This document shows positions 46,972 through 47,662 of a stretch of DNA of 47,662 bases, piece by piece; position 1 is the stretch's first letter, and every line of letters starts with the position of its first letter. The DNA is from Chiloscyllium plagiosum (taxonomy: Eukaryota), in contig NC_057753.1 in assembly GCF_004010195.1 (NCBI RefSeq), positions 8,167,998 to 8,215,659 of the forward strand, read 5' to 3'. A program made the position numbers and the translations under genes. The notes beneath the pieces are model-generated. The model was not told the DNA's origin and searched no databases. It saw nothing but the letters and a program-made list of their open reading frames with translations.

Positions 46972-47662
46972 CATAGCGTCATAGAGATGTACAGCGTGGT
47001 AACAGACGCTTCGGTCCAATCCGTCCATGCCGAACAGATATCCCAACCCAATCGAGTACCACCTGCCACCACCTGGTCCAAACCCTTCCTATTCATATAC
47101 TCATGCAAATGCCTCTTAAATGTTTCAATTGTACCAGCCTCCACCACATCTTCTGGCAGCTCATTTCATACACGTACCACCCTCTGTGTGAAAGCGTTGC
47201 CCTTTAGGTTTCTTTTATATCTTCCTCCCTCGCTCACTCTAAACTGATGCGTTCTAGTTCAGGTCTCCCCAACCCCAGGGAAAAGACTTTGTACATTTAT
47301 CCTATCCATGCCCCTCATAATTTTGTAAAGCTCTATAAAGTCAACCCTCAGCCTCCGACACTCCAGGGCAAACAGCCCCAGACTGTTCAGCCTCTCCCTG
47401 AAGCTCAACCTTGCAAAATCCTTGTAAATCTTTTCTGAACCCTTTCAAGTTTCACAACATCTTTCCGATAGGAAGGAGACCAGAATTGCACGCAATATTC
47501 CAATAGCGGCCTAACCAACGTCCTGTACAGCCGCAACATGTCCTCCCAACTCCTGTACTCAATACTCTGACCAATAAAGGAAAGCATACCAAACGCCCTC
47601 TTCACTATCCTATCTACCTGTGACTCCACTTTCAAGGAGCTATGAACCTGCTCTCCAAGGTC
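46972..47662 (-). mobile_element. CR1 LINE 3' end, running off the right window edge
   Basis: ORF 47405..47635 RTLVRPLLEYCVQFWSP...LERVQKRFTR, tail catagcgtcatagag at about 46973-46987. Confidence 0.9.

Noticed and set aside
1..47662. CRISPR array, rRNA or a prokaryotic/viral system
   Set aside because: No repeat-spacer arrays, operon-like gene density or such coding sequence seen.

Overview
Vertebrate non-coding-rich DNA, most likely from a shark (inferred from V-SINE/HE1-type tRNA SINEs with (AATCT)n tails, CR1/HER1-type LINEs and Penelope-like elements); it contains two N-gaps. The only host coding sequence is a two-exon class A GPCR resembling the GPR139/GPR142-like group. The window is built from at least three diverged paralogous copies of this gene unit. 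Unit 1 (+) has an intact exon 2 at 9322-10217, and its exon 1 presumably lies left of the window. Unit 2 (+) has exon 1 reduced to 16 bp plus the donor, fused in frame to a CR1 LINE at about 15019, and its intron runs into the gap at 24860. Unit 3 (-) has an intact exon 1 at 43216-43000, and its intron runs down into the same gap 74 bp short of the expected acceptor. Units 2 and 3 form a roughly 14 kb imperfect palindrome centred on that gap, which probably hides the two missing exon 2 copies. The introns carry differential insertions with empty paralogous sites. These include Penelope-like elements with minimal hammerhead ribozyme cores and small TSD-flanked foldback elements that invert exactly at the hammerhead. 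All alignments and identities were read by eye.
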